From Octopus vulgaris (taxonomy: Eukaryota), in the NCBI GenBank assembly GCA_951406725.2, contig OX597823.1, forward strand, positions 105,338,001 through 105,402,000: a DNA stretch of 64,000 nt, read 5' to 3'. Numbering within the stretch: position 1 is the stretch's first letter; the number at the start of each line of letters is the position of its first letter. This document shows, one piece after another, positions 13,546 through 27,779 of this stretch. The translations under genes were made by a program, and so were the position numbers. The notes under the pieces were generated by a model, which was given only the letters and a program-made list of their open reading frames with translations, ran no database searches and was not told where the DNA came from.

Positions 13546-15907
13546 CATTCGATCCAATATTATATTGCAGTCAGCTGGGCAACTGACTCCTGCTGTTGAG
13601 CATCCTTTATTTACTCAGTCTCTGATCATTATGTCTGGTCTGTTATGCTTGCATTTTATTGAAGTCATTAAAGGAATAATTCGCTAGTATTCTTTCCTGT
13701 TATGAATAATTACACCCTTCAAATCACTGTTGCTATTTATATCTTTATCCTTAGGATTATCCTTTCTACAGATTGCTTTACACATTCTTTTGGTCACGAC
13801 ATCTTAGCATTTGAAGGGATAATATCACGATGATACTTTTGGACAGCTATTTAAGGTGTGGGTGAAATGCTCTGTGTTAACACTTTGTATTAGTGTATGA
13901 ATGTATGTGTTTGAGTGGTGTGTGTACCCATGTATGTATGTGTGTGTTTATGCATGTTACATGTTTGTAAATATGTGAGTGTGTGTGTGTGTGTGTGCAA
14001 AATTTATGTGTACACATTTAGAATTAAGTATGTATAAATGGATGGATGGATGTATTTATGGGACTCTTTTCTTTTCATTTCTTCGAATTTTTCTGATAAT
14101 GAAGAGGCTGATTTCTAACAAAGATACAAAGCTCCATTCCTGGAATTTATATAAAAATTGAATAAAAGAGTATAACAACATTTTGGATTTCACGAATTGC
14201 AGATTTTTACTGTGACACTGACGTATAGAATTTGCAAAAAATATGCTCTATGGTATTTTTCTTTGCTTGAAACCCCCAAGTTTTCCAGACTACATGACAG
14301 ACATTTAGTAACATAATCAGGTGCATCAATAGGGAGGTCTTTGTTAATGTAGGGGTGATCATTCATCTCCCTATGTATGCATGTGGAGGCTTGGACCAAA
14401 TTATTTGAACAAGATGGTCAACTGCCCATGCATGGAAATCTCTCCTTCCCTCTCAACTGAAGTTATCCAAGGTGAAGTCTGCTGATTTCTGCAAAAACAA
14501 CTTGTTTCAGGTGGTACTACTGTCAAAATGGCATTCTGTCTCGATGTAGGAAAGATACATCAGGACATCTTACTTGACTTCCTCACAGTTCTGCCAATCC
14601 CTCTCCTTTCATTGGTGCATTTTTATTGACCCTGCAAATGATAAAAGGCTAAGTTGACCATGGTCAGATTTGAACTCAGTGTGCAAAAGTCAAAAATAGA
14701 AGTACTACATGGAATTTTAATCCAACACTTTAATGACTGTGCCAATCTAATTTGCTGCCAGATGCACTAATGATTATAGCTACTGATGCAAATTTATAAT
14801 CTTTATTGAAAAATTGAAGCTTTTGATGCAGTTGATCGTAAATGTTCTCTTTCTTCCTAATTTTAAATCAAATGTGGTCATCAACGATCTTATTGATGAC
14901 CACACTGATGCATGATTTTTGTTTTATGTCCCCCAAAATTAATCTTATTCATCATAGTTTATTTTCTGAGACGTCTTATGGTGGGATACCCTACAAAACT
15001 CAGGCAAAGTGCTGTCTCCTACAAAACTCGTGGGCAAGGTGTTCCTATTCTTAACTGGGATATTTACAGGGTCATGTGGAAGAAAGGAGCATCACTGAGA
15101 TGGAGAAAGACAAAATATTTATTGCAGGTGCATACACACACAAAACACACACCCACCTTTTGACACCTTCTCATACCTCTGTCCAATCACCCTCTGTCCA
15201 TTCACTCCCTCTTCTGTTCTCTGTACCATTCTATCTGTATAAAGTCATCATTGAACCTTATCTCTCTGATACATAACTATGAGGTACGTCACTGGAACTA
15301 CTTATATCTTATATATCTGACCACCTCCATTTCTACACTTATAGTCAAAATTTCCCCCTCTTCATTTCGCCTATTCTCATCTCAATGACTCTGTTTCTAG
15401 ATTCACACTATCCCCTTTTTCTCACAGATCCTAACTTCTCCCATTTCATTTTACCTGTAAGTCATCCTCTTGCTATTCCACATTGAATGGATGGATACAA
15501 TATAATTTACCAAAATCGCTTTGGTGGTTTGAAGAAGAAGGGAACCTCACTAGAGTTGGCACCAGAATAAAATGCACTCAGTACACTCTGTAAAGTGTTT
15601 AGTGATTGTGTGGAAATAGTATAGAATTGAGAGGTGTCTTTAGACTTGAAGAAGACATGATCACTTCTCTGGTGCTGGTATCATAATGAAATGCATCTCA
15701 TACACTTTGTAAAGAGGCTGGTGATAAGAAAACATCTCGGTGGAGAAACTAAGCCTAAAAAAATGTATGGGCGTGACATTGTCCTCAGCCCCATCTAGGG
15801 TTTGACTTACACTATGACTATCTGACAAACCCATGCCAGCAAGGAAAGCAGACACAAAAGGATAATACTAGAGCTGCTGCTGTTACTCTTGTTGCTGTTA
15901 TTGTTGT

Positions 15908-16110
15908 TGTTGTTGTTAAACAACAAGACGAGTAAGGGTAATTAGGTGATGGTCTAGGGCTTAGGGGTGGGAGACCCCAGACCTTGGAAAAAAAAAACTT
16001 TGGTCATCTTGTTGTAGTCGAGGGCTCTTTGTTGATGCCTGACACTAGGAGGTGGCCCTCGAAGTCGCTGGAAATGGAGATCTCCAGGTCCAAATTCTTG
16101 AACGGCTGCC
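15908..16110 (-). mobile_element. 3' end of an unclassified LINE-like repeat with (CAA)n tail (second copy 56647-56850)
   Basis: Two highly similar ~200-bp copies in the window, both adjoining (GTT)n on the + strand. Confidence 0.6.
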
Positions 16111-18290
16111 ACTGCTAATGCTGTGTGTGTGTGTTTCCTGTGCAAAATTTCCAGCTATAGGCTAGTAGCTAACTTTAGGACTAATAATTATGGTTGTGTA
16201 TGTGCACGTGTGCATGTACAGATATACGTATACACCTTCTATATCTATATTTACAGCTAAACTCTTAAACTGATTATATTTGATTTGATAGTTAGTTCTG
16301 TGTGTGTTTGTGTGTGTGTGTGTATGTGTGTGTGTGTGTATGTGTGTATGTGTGTGTGTGCAAAAGGTATTATTCTGTGTGAGAGAATGAACATTTGTGT
16401 TTATGTGGGAATGTGGGAATGTGTGGTAAGTACATATGTGTGAGCAGTTACATGTTTGTATGCATGGCTTCTAAACATTTGTGTGTGTGTGTGTAAGCAT
16501 GTGGTCAGTAAACAAGTGTATGCCCAAGAGACAGAATGTGAGTGTGTGTGCGTGTGTTTGTTTATGAATGTGTGAGTGTGCATGTGTATGAATATGTATT
16601 CAGTCTTTTTCTCATTTTTTTCTTTCTCTCTTCCACTTTTATTTTTCTCTCTCAGAATAGAGACAAATTTACACTCAACTTCACAGAAGTTCAACGATTT
16701 ACTTAAGTCAGCTGTCACAGACATTTCATCTCACAGAGATAGTAAAACAGTTCAGTAGGTTCGTTTCATATTATGAGCCTGATATAGCACCAGGGGGGGG
16801 GGGTAGAGTTATAGTTGAAGGACAAAGAAGAGGAGTATGAGACAGCAAAGGAAGACGGATGGGTAGCAGAAGAAGTGGTGCAATCACAACATTAATATTC
16901 TTTTTTATAAAGTATTTATTGTCTTTTTTTTTTGATATCCTTCCATCTGAGACACCTGGTTCTAAGATACAAAATCTCTCATTTTAAAGTGTTAATATTC
17001 AAATATAAATATTCTGTAATTTTATGTTCAAGTCTTCAGCTGAAAGTTTAATGAGTTATGATGCATGAATATGAACACCGAAGACAAGTAAAAGTATAGT
17101 AAATATTATATAAGGTGATTGCATGGTACATTGAGAATTATCTTGCCTTTGTGGGAAGAGTAAATGATGGGCTGGTGGCAACTGTAACCAACCCCGAACC
17201 AGAAGGGGAGACCATCATCATCATCATCATTGATTTAACATCCATTTTCCATGTTGGCATGGGTTGGCTGGCTTGAGAGGAACTGGCAACACCAGGAGCT
17301 GCACCAGGTTCCATGGCCTATTTTGATTTGATTTCTATGGCTGGATGCCCTCCCTACACCAACCACTTCACAGAGTGTACTAGATGGTTTCCACATGGCA
17401 CCAGCATCCACCCACACCAATGCTTTTTACATGGCACTTTGGTTTTCAGGATCTCAATTCTAATGTTGTGGGCAAGTTTTCTTGAGTACAACAATGCACC
17501 ACATATCTTGGTCCTCTGTCATCTCCTTTGCAAGGCTCAATGTTGTGAGATGGGCCTTCAATACTTTGTCCCTTTGGTCACCCACTTCCACAACTTCCTC
17601 CACTTTAAGTGACTGGTGCTCCTTTATGCATCTGTCCTCATCCATCCACATCATAGGACCAAATCAGCACAGACTCCTCCTCTCTTGCACACTGCATACA
17701 ATTCATCTCAAGAATGAAACTAACATGCCGTTAAAGAAGAGACAGGCTGATTTCCTAGAAAGAAGAGGACAGCTGTATATATATGCTTCTGCCTCCTCAA
17801 TAGGCACCTTCAGTACAAGAGTTGTCCTAACTTGACTCCAGCAGATAACAGAAAACATCCATGGCTTGTGTAATATTTTTGCTGCAGAAGTAAATATTGA
17901 ATTTACTCACATAGGGTCAGACATGGCTTTGCGGTTAAGAAGCATACTTTGCAATCATGAGGTTTTTGAGTTCAGTCCTACTGCATGGCACTTTGGGCAA
18001 GTTTATTCTATTATAGTTCAAGGGTGGCCAATGCCTTGTAAATGAATTTGGTAGATGGAAACTGTATGAAAGCCCATATTATATATATATATATATATAT
18101 CCCTCTCTCTCTCTTTCGGAGAGGCACTGAGCAGCTATACGCACACATACACACACAGCAGTAACTTCCACCTACCGAATCCAATCACAAAGCTCCGGTC
18201 GGCTCAGGGCTATAGTGGAAGACACCTACCCAAAGTGCCACGCAGTGGGACTGAACCCGAAACCATGTAGCTAGGAAGCAAGCTCCCTAA

Positions 18291-18326
<36 letters not shown>

Positions 18327-18331
<5 letters not shown>

Positions 18332-19208
18332 GAGGAACCCAAAAGTAACTGGAAATGTTCTCTGTAGAACAAACCTGTTGTGGTTCAGGCTTCTGCCGCT
18401 AGAAGCCACTTGATGTGACCTTCAGGCATCAGTCTGCCGACTGGTGGCATCAAATGGTGTCATACTGTCATGTGATACATCTTTGTTTTGCAATGCTTCT
18501 CCCCAGTTTGTTGAATTTTGTGGCAGATGAAATGAAGGAACAGCATGTTTCCATGAAATTCTTTTTCACTGCTGGGGAAAATGGCAGATGAAACAGTTGT
18601 CCTGCATGCAACAGCTTACAAGGATACTGCCACGAGCAAACACAAATTTACAAGTGGTTTCCACACTTTTGGAATGGTCACTTGTCACTTGAAGACCAAC
18701 TTTGTTCAGAATGATTTTCAACCTTCTGAATGAATGAAAACATAATGAAAATTCACAAACTGGTCTTGGAGGAACCATCACTGAACAATTGCCAAACTTG
18801 ATTTGTCCGGTGTGTCCTGGAGCTTCTATGAACGAATTTTGAGTGAGGAACTACAAATGAAAAGAGTTGCAGCAAAATTTGTGCCTTACTTGCTCACGGA
18901 AAATCAAAAGCAGTCACGCCTGAATGTGTGTCATGAACTGAAAGACTATCTGGCCCAGACTTTTTCTTCAAGGTTATCTCTGGTGATGAAAGCTGGTGCT
19001 ATGAAATTTGCAGATGTGGAAGAGGAGAAGGAAAAAATGACAGTGGCACTAAAAGGCATCTCTTTGCAAGAGTTTCAGCAGTGCTTAGAATAGTGGAAAA
19101 TGCACCTGGACTAATGCATTGCTTCAAAGATGATAAAGGTGCAAACAGGTAAAACTAAGGGAATAAAATAATATTGCAGAATTCCGGTTTCTTTTGGGTA
19201 CCCACTTG
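18327..19208 (+). mobile_element. Internally deleted mariner (Tc1/mariner) transposon remnant
   Basis: ILSEELQMKRVAAKFVPYLLTENQKQSRL resembles the mariner WVPHEL linker. Degenerate TIRs ggaacccaaaagtaactggaa and ttccggtttcttttgggtacc; TA-rich flanks. Confidence 0.75.
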
Positions 19209-19285
19209 TGTGTGTGTATATATATATATATATGTATGTATGTATGTATGTATATATGTTTATATATATGTATGTATGTATATAT

Positions 19286-19335
<50 letters not shown>

Positions 19336-19384
19336 CATACATATATATAAAGATATATATATACATACATACATACATACATAC

Positions 19385-19452
<68 letters not shown>

Positions 19453-19749
19453 CTAGATAGCTAGCTAGCTAGATAGATAGATAGATAGACAGATATCAAT
19501 GTGAGTGTCTTTGTGTATGTTTACCCCTTTCCATCACCATCACTTGATAACCACTGTTGGTTTGTTTATGTCTCAGTAATTTAACAGTTTGGCAAAGGAG
19601 ACTGATAGAATAAATACCAAACTTAAAAATATGTGCTACGGTTGATTTCTTGATTTGTTTGACTAAACTCTTCAATGCAGTGCCCCAGCATGGACTCAGT
19701 CTAATGACTGAAACAAACAAAAGATAACATGCAAAAGAAGCTATTAAAT

Positions 19750-19975
19750 TATACCCACAATTCCCATATTCCACATGGAATATACCAACAAATGACATAT
19801 TCCATAACTCCTCATCTGATATCTCCTATATCAGGTAATTCCACACATGGTATATATCTTACATTGGATAACACCACAGATGATATATTCGATATCAGAT
19901 AATTCCACAGTTAATATACCTTATATTGGATAACTCCACAGTTGATATCTCCTGTATTGGATAATTCCACACAAT
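19750..19975. repeat. Degenerate ~31-bp minisatellite (about 7 units, ataactccacagttgatatctcctgtattgg-like)
   Basis: Recurrent ataa(c/t)tccaca...gatat...attgg units. Confidence 0.7.
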
Positions 19976-20350
19976 TCTCTGTGAAATAAAAGAAATATTG
20001 AGAAGAGATTATTGATTATTATCAAATATGTTTGAAATAAAATGAATTATTGTTCACAAACATCAAGAAATAATAATGAGATTTATTGTGTATCAATATG
20101 GCAGCCTTCTTGTTCTGTTCCCTCTCTCCATCTCTCTCTCCATTTCTCTCTCTCTCTCTTTCTCTCCCCCTCTCACACATACACAAATATACAGTCTTAT
20201 ATTTCTCGTCTATCAACTGGTCTACCTTTCTCTCTGTCTCCCTCTTTAATTCACCTTCTCACCTTTTTACTCTCTTTCTCTGCATACATGCAGTCTTGCT
20301 GGCAGACATGAACATACATGCATACATGCAATCATACCTATGCATATATG

Positions 20351-20395
<45 letters not shown>

Positions 20396-20433
20396 GTAAT
20401 ATATATATATGTATATGTATGTATATATGTGTG

Positions 20434-20467
<34 letters not shown>

Positions 20468-20512
20468 TATGTCTATGTATATATATATGCATGTAAGTAT
20501 ATATGTATATAT

Positions 20513-20557
<45 letters not shown>

Positions 20558-20730
20558 CATAAATACATCACATATACACATATACATGCATGCATACAAA
20601 CATACATACACACACATATTCACAGATATACATACATATGACACACATATATCAGACATCTTTGTAAATTTAAAGAACTATGTGGACAAACACGCACCAA
20701 TCACATCACACCTTATACATATACACATTG

Positions 20731-20768
<38 letters not shown>

Positions 20769-21479
20769 CATACACATAAGCTCCGTACATTATGCACACA
20801 TACAGCAATGGTAAATATATTAGTGATATTAATGTAGAATCTTCAATTGATCTTCAACAAAAACATGAAATTCTTTAGTATTTCAACAAATTATAGAGTG
20901 AATTCTGTGCTTTGTGCCAGGCGATATATTATTGTAAATGTTCTTTTCAGTAAAAGACTGTCTTGTAGAGTTTGTTGTCACCATTATCTCTTTCTCCACC
21001 ACAACCACCACCACCACCACAACCACCACCACCACAACCACCACCACCATCATTATTAACAATATTGTATTTTTCACACCAATGAAACAACCTCTTCACT
21101 GTTAGAAGTAGTTGCCAAAAATTTTGGACCTGAACTATAGGTTTTTTGTTTTTTGATGCATACAATCCAAAAATGACATCCATTTATTACCATTATGTCA
21201 AGATTTGAAGATACTGGAACCATAGAATTTCATTGTTTTTTCTTTCTTTTTTTTCTTTTTTTTTTAATGAAATAGCTTGTGAGGAACAAGGCATAATATA
21301 CAAACAGAAATTGATTTTCCTTAAAAAGCAGAATGTCTCCTTAAAATTCTACTGAAAACTAGAAAAATTTTTTAATTTCTACGAACAAATTACATCACTG
21401 ATTATGCCTAATTTCTCATGAATTTATATTTGGATGATTTTCTTGAGTGCTGAACCTCAGGAAGCTCGTGAGCCAAGTT

Positions 21480-22135
21480 CCAGCAATAGTCTGCCATCAT
21501 ATGCAAGTCCCATCAATACCTTTGTTCCTTTGATTTTACATCCTGATGGAAACATACTCCCTGCTTGTCACTAGTGTCACCAAGATTTTCAGGGAATTCA
21601 TCAAAGAGTTTATGGAGATAGTGGGACTTTATGCTCATATTTGTTCCCAACTTTTGAAAGTCCTCCAACATATTGTCAACTATTGCGGCATAGTTGGCTG
21701 CTCTCTCGTTGCCTAGAAAGTCATTTACAACTATTACAAATGAATTCCATGCTACTGCTTCAAAGCAATTCATTGAACTTACAAAATTCCCATCTTTTTT
21801 TCAATTTTCTGATATGCTACCCATCAAATACTCCAGCTTTTATCTTTTCACTGCTCAGACCAGGAAATGTTCTGCAAATGTAGTGAAAACATGGCCCATC
21901 TTTATCCAGAGCTTTAACAAACTGCTTCATAATGTCAAGTTTTGATATGAAATGGGAGTAGGATGATTTTCCCCCAGTTGAACCAAAGGATCTGCAACCA
22001 CATTAAAAGACCCTGGAGCTAATGTTGGCTGTGACCGTTATTTTTCTCCAGCTCTGCAATCCTACATACATAGAATAAAAAACATGGGTATTTGGTGTAT
22101 CCACTTGGTTGTCCCAGGAGAGCAAAATGTCCACA
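21480..22135 (-). pseudogene. Chapaev (CMC superfamily)-type DNA transposase remnant
   Basis: FLGN.RAANY..IV..ML..FQKLG.NMSIK.HYLH...D.FPENLGD.SD.QG..FHQD...EQRY followed by MMADYCW, typical of the Chapaev3-like transposase C-terminus. Confidence 0.75.
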
Positions 22136-23935
22136 CATGTCACTCACTGATGATTGTGGTGTTTGGGTGTCTTGAAATCTAGACAAATGAATTCCATTTA
22201 TGGATTCAGCATATCAAATTGGAGCCTGGTGCAGCCATCTGGTTTGCCAGTCCTCAGTCAAATCGTCCAACCCATGCCACCATGGAAAGCGGACATTAAA
22301 CGATGATGATGATGATGACATGCAAAAGTTCCATGTAGAAAGTTATGTAATATTAAGAAGGGAGATCATTTAGGGTCCTAGGACACCTGATATTTCCACT
22401 ACGAAATGTTCAAAAAGGAAATTATAGAAGAGCAAAGGTAAACGATAGAAGCACAGAAAGCAGGAGGAGGAGTAGGAGGAGGACCAGAGGAAATAAAGAA
22501 ATTGGTCATTTTGTCATGCTGGCAGGCATGCAACACATATTTTCTTATGGTGACTCCTTTCTATAATTTTCTGTGAATTTCACTAACAACATCTTTCAGT
22601 TTTCCTCAATCCCAGATTCCCATATCCCACTTTTTTGGATGATTTGAGAAATAATGTAAAGATTTTTGATACAAACATGAAATAATACTACTGGTAATAA
22701 TGATAGAATAGATTCCTGGCATTTACGTCATGCAGAAAGCTCTCTACATCTTTCTATATCTTGTCATTTTCACTGTAATACCCTCTGTAAGTGCTTTAAT
22801 ATATCTGCCACATTTTAGAATTTCCGCAAAGTTATATCACTGAAGACACCTACATTTTGGAGAAAGCAACTGTAAGAGAAGCACATTTTGATTCAGTAAC
22901 CAACACTTTAAAAGTGGATCCTTGATATACGCCATATTTTAAAAGAAGATAGCAACTATAAAACTCTTTGATGTCTCTCTCAGTTCCAGTCAAAATCTAA
23001 AAATTTCACAGAAAGATCTCTTGAAAGATATTTTTCGTACAAACACATTTTATTTCTTCATTGATGAATTAACAATTAAGATTATTAACATAAGTGCAAA
23101 TATGAGATAATTATAAGTACTAACTTCAGACAGAAAAGACAAACAAGCTCACTGAATAGATTCACATTATAGATCGATTATTTGCAGTGAGACAGTGTTA
23201 ACATTTACACTACAGAAACCTTGCTTAAATCTGTTTTTATTCTTTTAATTTGTAAATTCAATTATTTATTTCAATTGTATTTGTGTGTGTATGTGTGTGT
23301 GTTTGGTTGTTGCTTTTTTTTTTTGGAAAATGTGAGTGGTAGAAATGTTAGGCCTGCTTTATCCTATAAAATTTTATCCCTTTATGTTTGTTATAAAGGG
23401 ACTTATGTTTTATCTCTATCTCTCCGAGGTTGATTACATAAGTAGTAGGCAAGTTCTGAAGTTCATTCAATTGATGAAATGCATTTCATGTAAATGTCAT
23501 CAAGTGCTTATGTGAGAAATCAATATTTCAAATGTGTGCGCATGTGTGTGTGTGTGTATGTGTGTGTGTGTGTGTGTATGTGTGTGTACATTACTAAATG
23601 TTGAACAAATGAGAAAGAAATGCTTAACACATGTTATAAAAGATATGGTTTTTATTAAAACTGAAGCTGAAAATTACTTTCGACTTGAGTTTTATGCCAA
23701 TTTGATCTTCAGGCACAGGGTATGTTTCCTTCCAGAGTATCCATGTGTATATTGTACCATATTCTATTGGTTTCTTAGTTCGTTAGGAGTGTTCAACCTC
23801 ATAATGCCCATTTAATTGTATATTGCTTAATTTTAAATGACTATACAATGAGTTAGACACCCGAAGATCACAGCGGCAAGGAACTCGAGTGATGGGATAA
23901 ACCCTCAGCTTCAGATGTAGCATAAAAAATATATA

Positions 23936-23967
<32 letters not shown>

Positions 23968-24476
23968 AAGGTCCTGGAGGGTTAGAATGATGGGATATTC
24001 CTGATGCAGCACTCAGCCTGAGATTGAGGCTATCTACACTCTTGAATTGTAGTCTTACGTAAGATTGAAAGTCTTCTGGTGTAGAAACTCTAGGTATCCC
24101 ATTGGTAAAACCAATGGCTGCCAATTCAACATATGTGTATTGAAGTTTTTCATCCTCCTATATTACATGTGTGAGACACTATCACACATTTATATGTTTC
24201 ATATGGGGAACTCTCCCTTGCCGGTATTGTATGCCTTCTTCGGCAAGCAAATAAGAAAACATCTACACGACAACTCCACTTGCAAGATGGAGCAACCAAA
24301 TATCAGGGCAAAATTTCCCTGCCATCTTAAGAATATAACATTGAATGATATATGTGTGTAAGTGCATGCATGTGTGTGTGTGTATGCACACACTAACACA
24401 CTAATGTATGTGTGTACATATGCACACTGTATATATGCGTGTGCATGTATGTGTATGTGTATATATCCCCTTCTCT

Positions 24477-24547
<71 letters not shown>

Positions 24548-26046
24548 CACACACACACACAGACTCATATATATTAAATTATGTTGGTGTATGTGTTTAT
24601 ATACACACACACATACACATATGTATACAGTGAGAGAGAGAGAGAGAGATAGGGGGGGAGAAGATGTAATATACTATGAAACAACTCAAAGCCAAACTGT
24701 TTGGTCTGTCTGCAATTTGAATAATAAGTCTTTGATCAAATTATATCTGAATTTCCTATCAATAAATGAAGAGAATCTTTCAATAACATAGACATAAAAT
24801 ATATGTGCAGCTCTGATTTATATTCCTAATTGATATAATTGTTTATCTCAAGATAAATATAGGCTTAACACGACAGGGAGTATCATTGCTCCTCTGCATG
24901 TTATTATATCTACGTGGCATACTTTTAATTCTGCCTTAACTGCATTTACTTATTAATAGAAATATTGTCATAAGGGATAATATATGTAAGCTAAGGGACA
25001 GGTTGAACTCTGATTGAACTAGATCTGCTATCCTAAACATTACTTTGTAATTCCGAGACACAATAGTGTTGATATTTTAATATATTTAAACATTAGATTT
25101 AGGCATTTGTCTCCCTACTGTTTTCTGTTAAGTGTGTATAAGACTCCCATCTGCTTCCACAAATCTGAAGTGAGTTAGAAAAAGAAAGGTAATCTGTTAT
25201 AATTTTCCATTCACTCTAGATATTTCTGCTAATATAGCCAGGAGCTTCCTGTCCTTAAGTAGCTAGCATTTCCCTAGAACCCATGGATATTATAAACTTT
25301 TCAGTTCCCATAACGTTAAAGTAAGCTATTCCTGTTTAGATAACATCACTTTCAACATTGCACATTATAATGGAAACAAACATACATCCACACAATTTCT
25401 GCCCCACACTTCCACCTGCAACTGTTGGAATCTTACCTACTGTCCACTAGGAGGATTCTAATTCACAAAAGCCATAGTCTATAAACCCACCCTTACACCA
25501 TCTGATGGTATTACAGGCTATTATACAGACATGAGAGCTAATAACTTCAAGGAGGGATATTCGCAGCACACACACTGCTTCAGATGACAGGGAAACTCTA
25601 CCACCTTGTCCAATTTTGTCTGGAAATTCTTGGACTACAAGTAATACCTCACTCGGCATCAAATGAGAAATTTTCAATAGGGTCTCCCTTTAATCAACTT
25701 GAGCTTGTACCATGCCTCTGAGAAAGGATGCACGTACTCCAACAGTCTACAATATCTATATCTATAGAAAGACTGATATTTCATATGGTTGTCAAAAAAG
25801 ATAACATTATCATAGGGTGCTTTTGATGTATTCCAAACCATAGTACCCTGATAATCCAAACATATTACCATAAACCTAACTTTACTATCAAAGCTGCTTG
25901 TACAGAGATTATCACTCTTCATTTCTTCATTTCTACGACCCAGCAGATGCACCAGGCACATCTGCATCAAACATTACACACTTCTTTTCTTTGATGAGCC
26001 AAACATCTTTTTCTGAATTCATACAAATAACCTCAAAAAACATGCA

Positions 26047-26078
<32 letters not shown>

Positions 26079-26139
26079 GTGAGTGGATCATATATCCAAA
26101 AAAGCAGACTCTAAACAAATGATAGAGCAGTAATAGATT

Positions 26140-26320
26140 TATAGGAAGTTAATTATATGGTTATATGGTCTGTCATAGAGTGACCAATGGTTTTGCATCC
26201 ATAGAGCACTTAGCCTTATAGACAGCTCATCAGATTCCAATGGCCCATTGGAGTTTGAGTGCTTTATGGATGTTAAACCATTGGTTACTCTATGACTGGC
26301 CATATAATTAACTTCCTATA
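26140..26320. repeat. Fold-back (inverted repeat) element
   Basis: tataggaagttaattatatgg...agagcact pairs with agtgcttt...ccatataattaacttcctata; internal hairpin ccaatggcccattgg. Confidence 0.8.
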
Positions 26321-26342
26321 GATATATATATATATATATATA

Positions 26343-26485
26343 CTTTATTTAAAGCAGCAGAAAATTCAACAAAATCTGTTACTCTGAGTTTCGTTGCCAT
26401 TCATCAGACAAAAACTATCTGATGAACGGCAACGAGAAACTCAGAGTAACAGATTTTGTTGAATTTTCTGCTGCTTTAAATAGAG
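26343..26485. ncRNA. Inverted pair of minimal hammerhead ribozyme motifs (one per strand)
   Basis: Plus 26415-26452: ctat-CTGATGA-acg gcaa cga-GAAA-CTC a GAG-TA-acag. Minus 26411-26376: ttgt-CTGATGA-atggcaac-GAAA-CTC a GAG-TA-acag. Flanked by (TA)n. Confidence 0.65.
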
Positions 26486-26555
26486 CATATTACTCTACCA
26501 CTGGTATTTGAGTACTCTTTTTTTCCACCTTGTTTCACATTTATGTGTTTACTCT

Positions 26556-26612
<57 letters not shown>

Positions 26613-26657
26613 AGAAAAGAGTGAAAAAACTACAGAAGGCTTGTTTTATAAGGTTAA

Positions 26658-27744
26658 ACCTTTCATTACCAAACCGCCCAAAGCCACCCGAAAAAAATTT
26701 TGGTTAATGTGACCAAACCGCCCAAACCCGCCCGAATTTACCTATTCGTATTTAAATGAGAATATCAGAGCAAATCTCTTTAGTACATTCGTGAAAACAC
26801 GTATTATACTTCGTAAACAGTTCAACTACAGTTTTGTACAATAATCGAAGTGTAATTTTTAACTCCGTGAATTTTGGGAGATTTTTTTTCCGAAATTTGT
26901 TCCTATTGTGTTTTCAAAATTTGTAATTCTGACAAAAAATGGATACGAATTTCATTATATCAAGCAGCGAGTCAGAATTCGAAGGATTTTCTACTGAAGA
27001 CCTTCATAAATCTAACTCTATGACTGAAAAAAAAAGCATGTGGTATTTGATAATGAATCTGATGTTTCATTTTCCGAAAGTGAAAGCAGTGAATTCGTGA
27101 GCTCCGACAGCGATAAAGAAAACGAATTGGCACCTGAATGGAGTGAAAATTTAAAAACTGTTTCTTTCGGTGATTTTTCTGAAGAAACTGGACCAAGCCA
27201 CAGACTTTCCCAGGAGAGTAAAGCCTTAGGCTATTTCTATTTACTTTTACGATTGAGCCTATTTGAAATCATTACGGCGGAAACGAACCGTTACGCTAAA
27301 TGTAAACAAAACGAAAGAAACGATAGTTTGTGGTTTCCCACAACCTTAAATGAAATTAAGACTATTTTGTCATAAATATTATTATGGGTATCAGAAAGTT
27401 ACCCAGAATAACAAATTCTATCGTAAAATTTTGTTGTATACCCAATTGAATATTAGCTAATAACCCATTTTCTATAGCGATGTTTGAACAAAATTTTAAT
27501 AATTTTATATTTTGTTGAATTTACCTGTATCTACCTGCAATTAGAGTCGCTTTGTGACAAAAATTATAGTATAGAATTGGTTGAGAATATTTCATTAAAT
27601 TATCTTCCAAAAATCACATTAATATATTGATAAATAAAAAAGTTATAGTTGTTTAATGAAACCAGACTAAATTTATGATTACGTTAGAAATTAATTGAAA
27701 CACATAAGGGGTGTATTTTGGTCAGAAATATAGTAACGAAAGGG
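26658..27744 (+). mobile_element. Non-autonomous piggyBac element with a transposase N-terminal fragment (ORF 27040-27375)
   Basis: TTAA at 26654-26657 and 27745-27748. TIRs (a/c)cctttcattac and gtaacgaaaggg. Acidic N-terminus then F..ETGP...IITAETNRYA...WFPTTLNEIK..IMGI (PGBD4/DDE_Tnp_1_7-like). Confidence 0.85.
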
Positions 27745-27779
27745 TTAAAGAATATATTTAAGTCGTTATGTTAGAAGAA

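Noticed and set aside
25000-25950. Possible CR1-like RT relic on the minus strand (SKAPYDNV)
   Set aside because: A single weak motif; too degraded to call.
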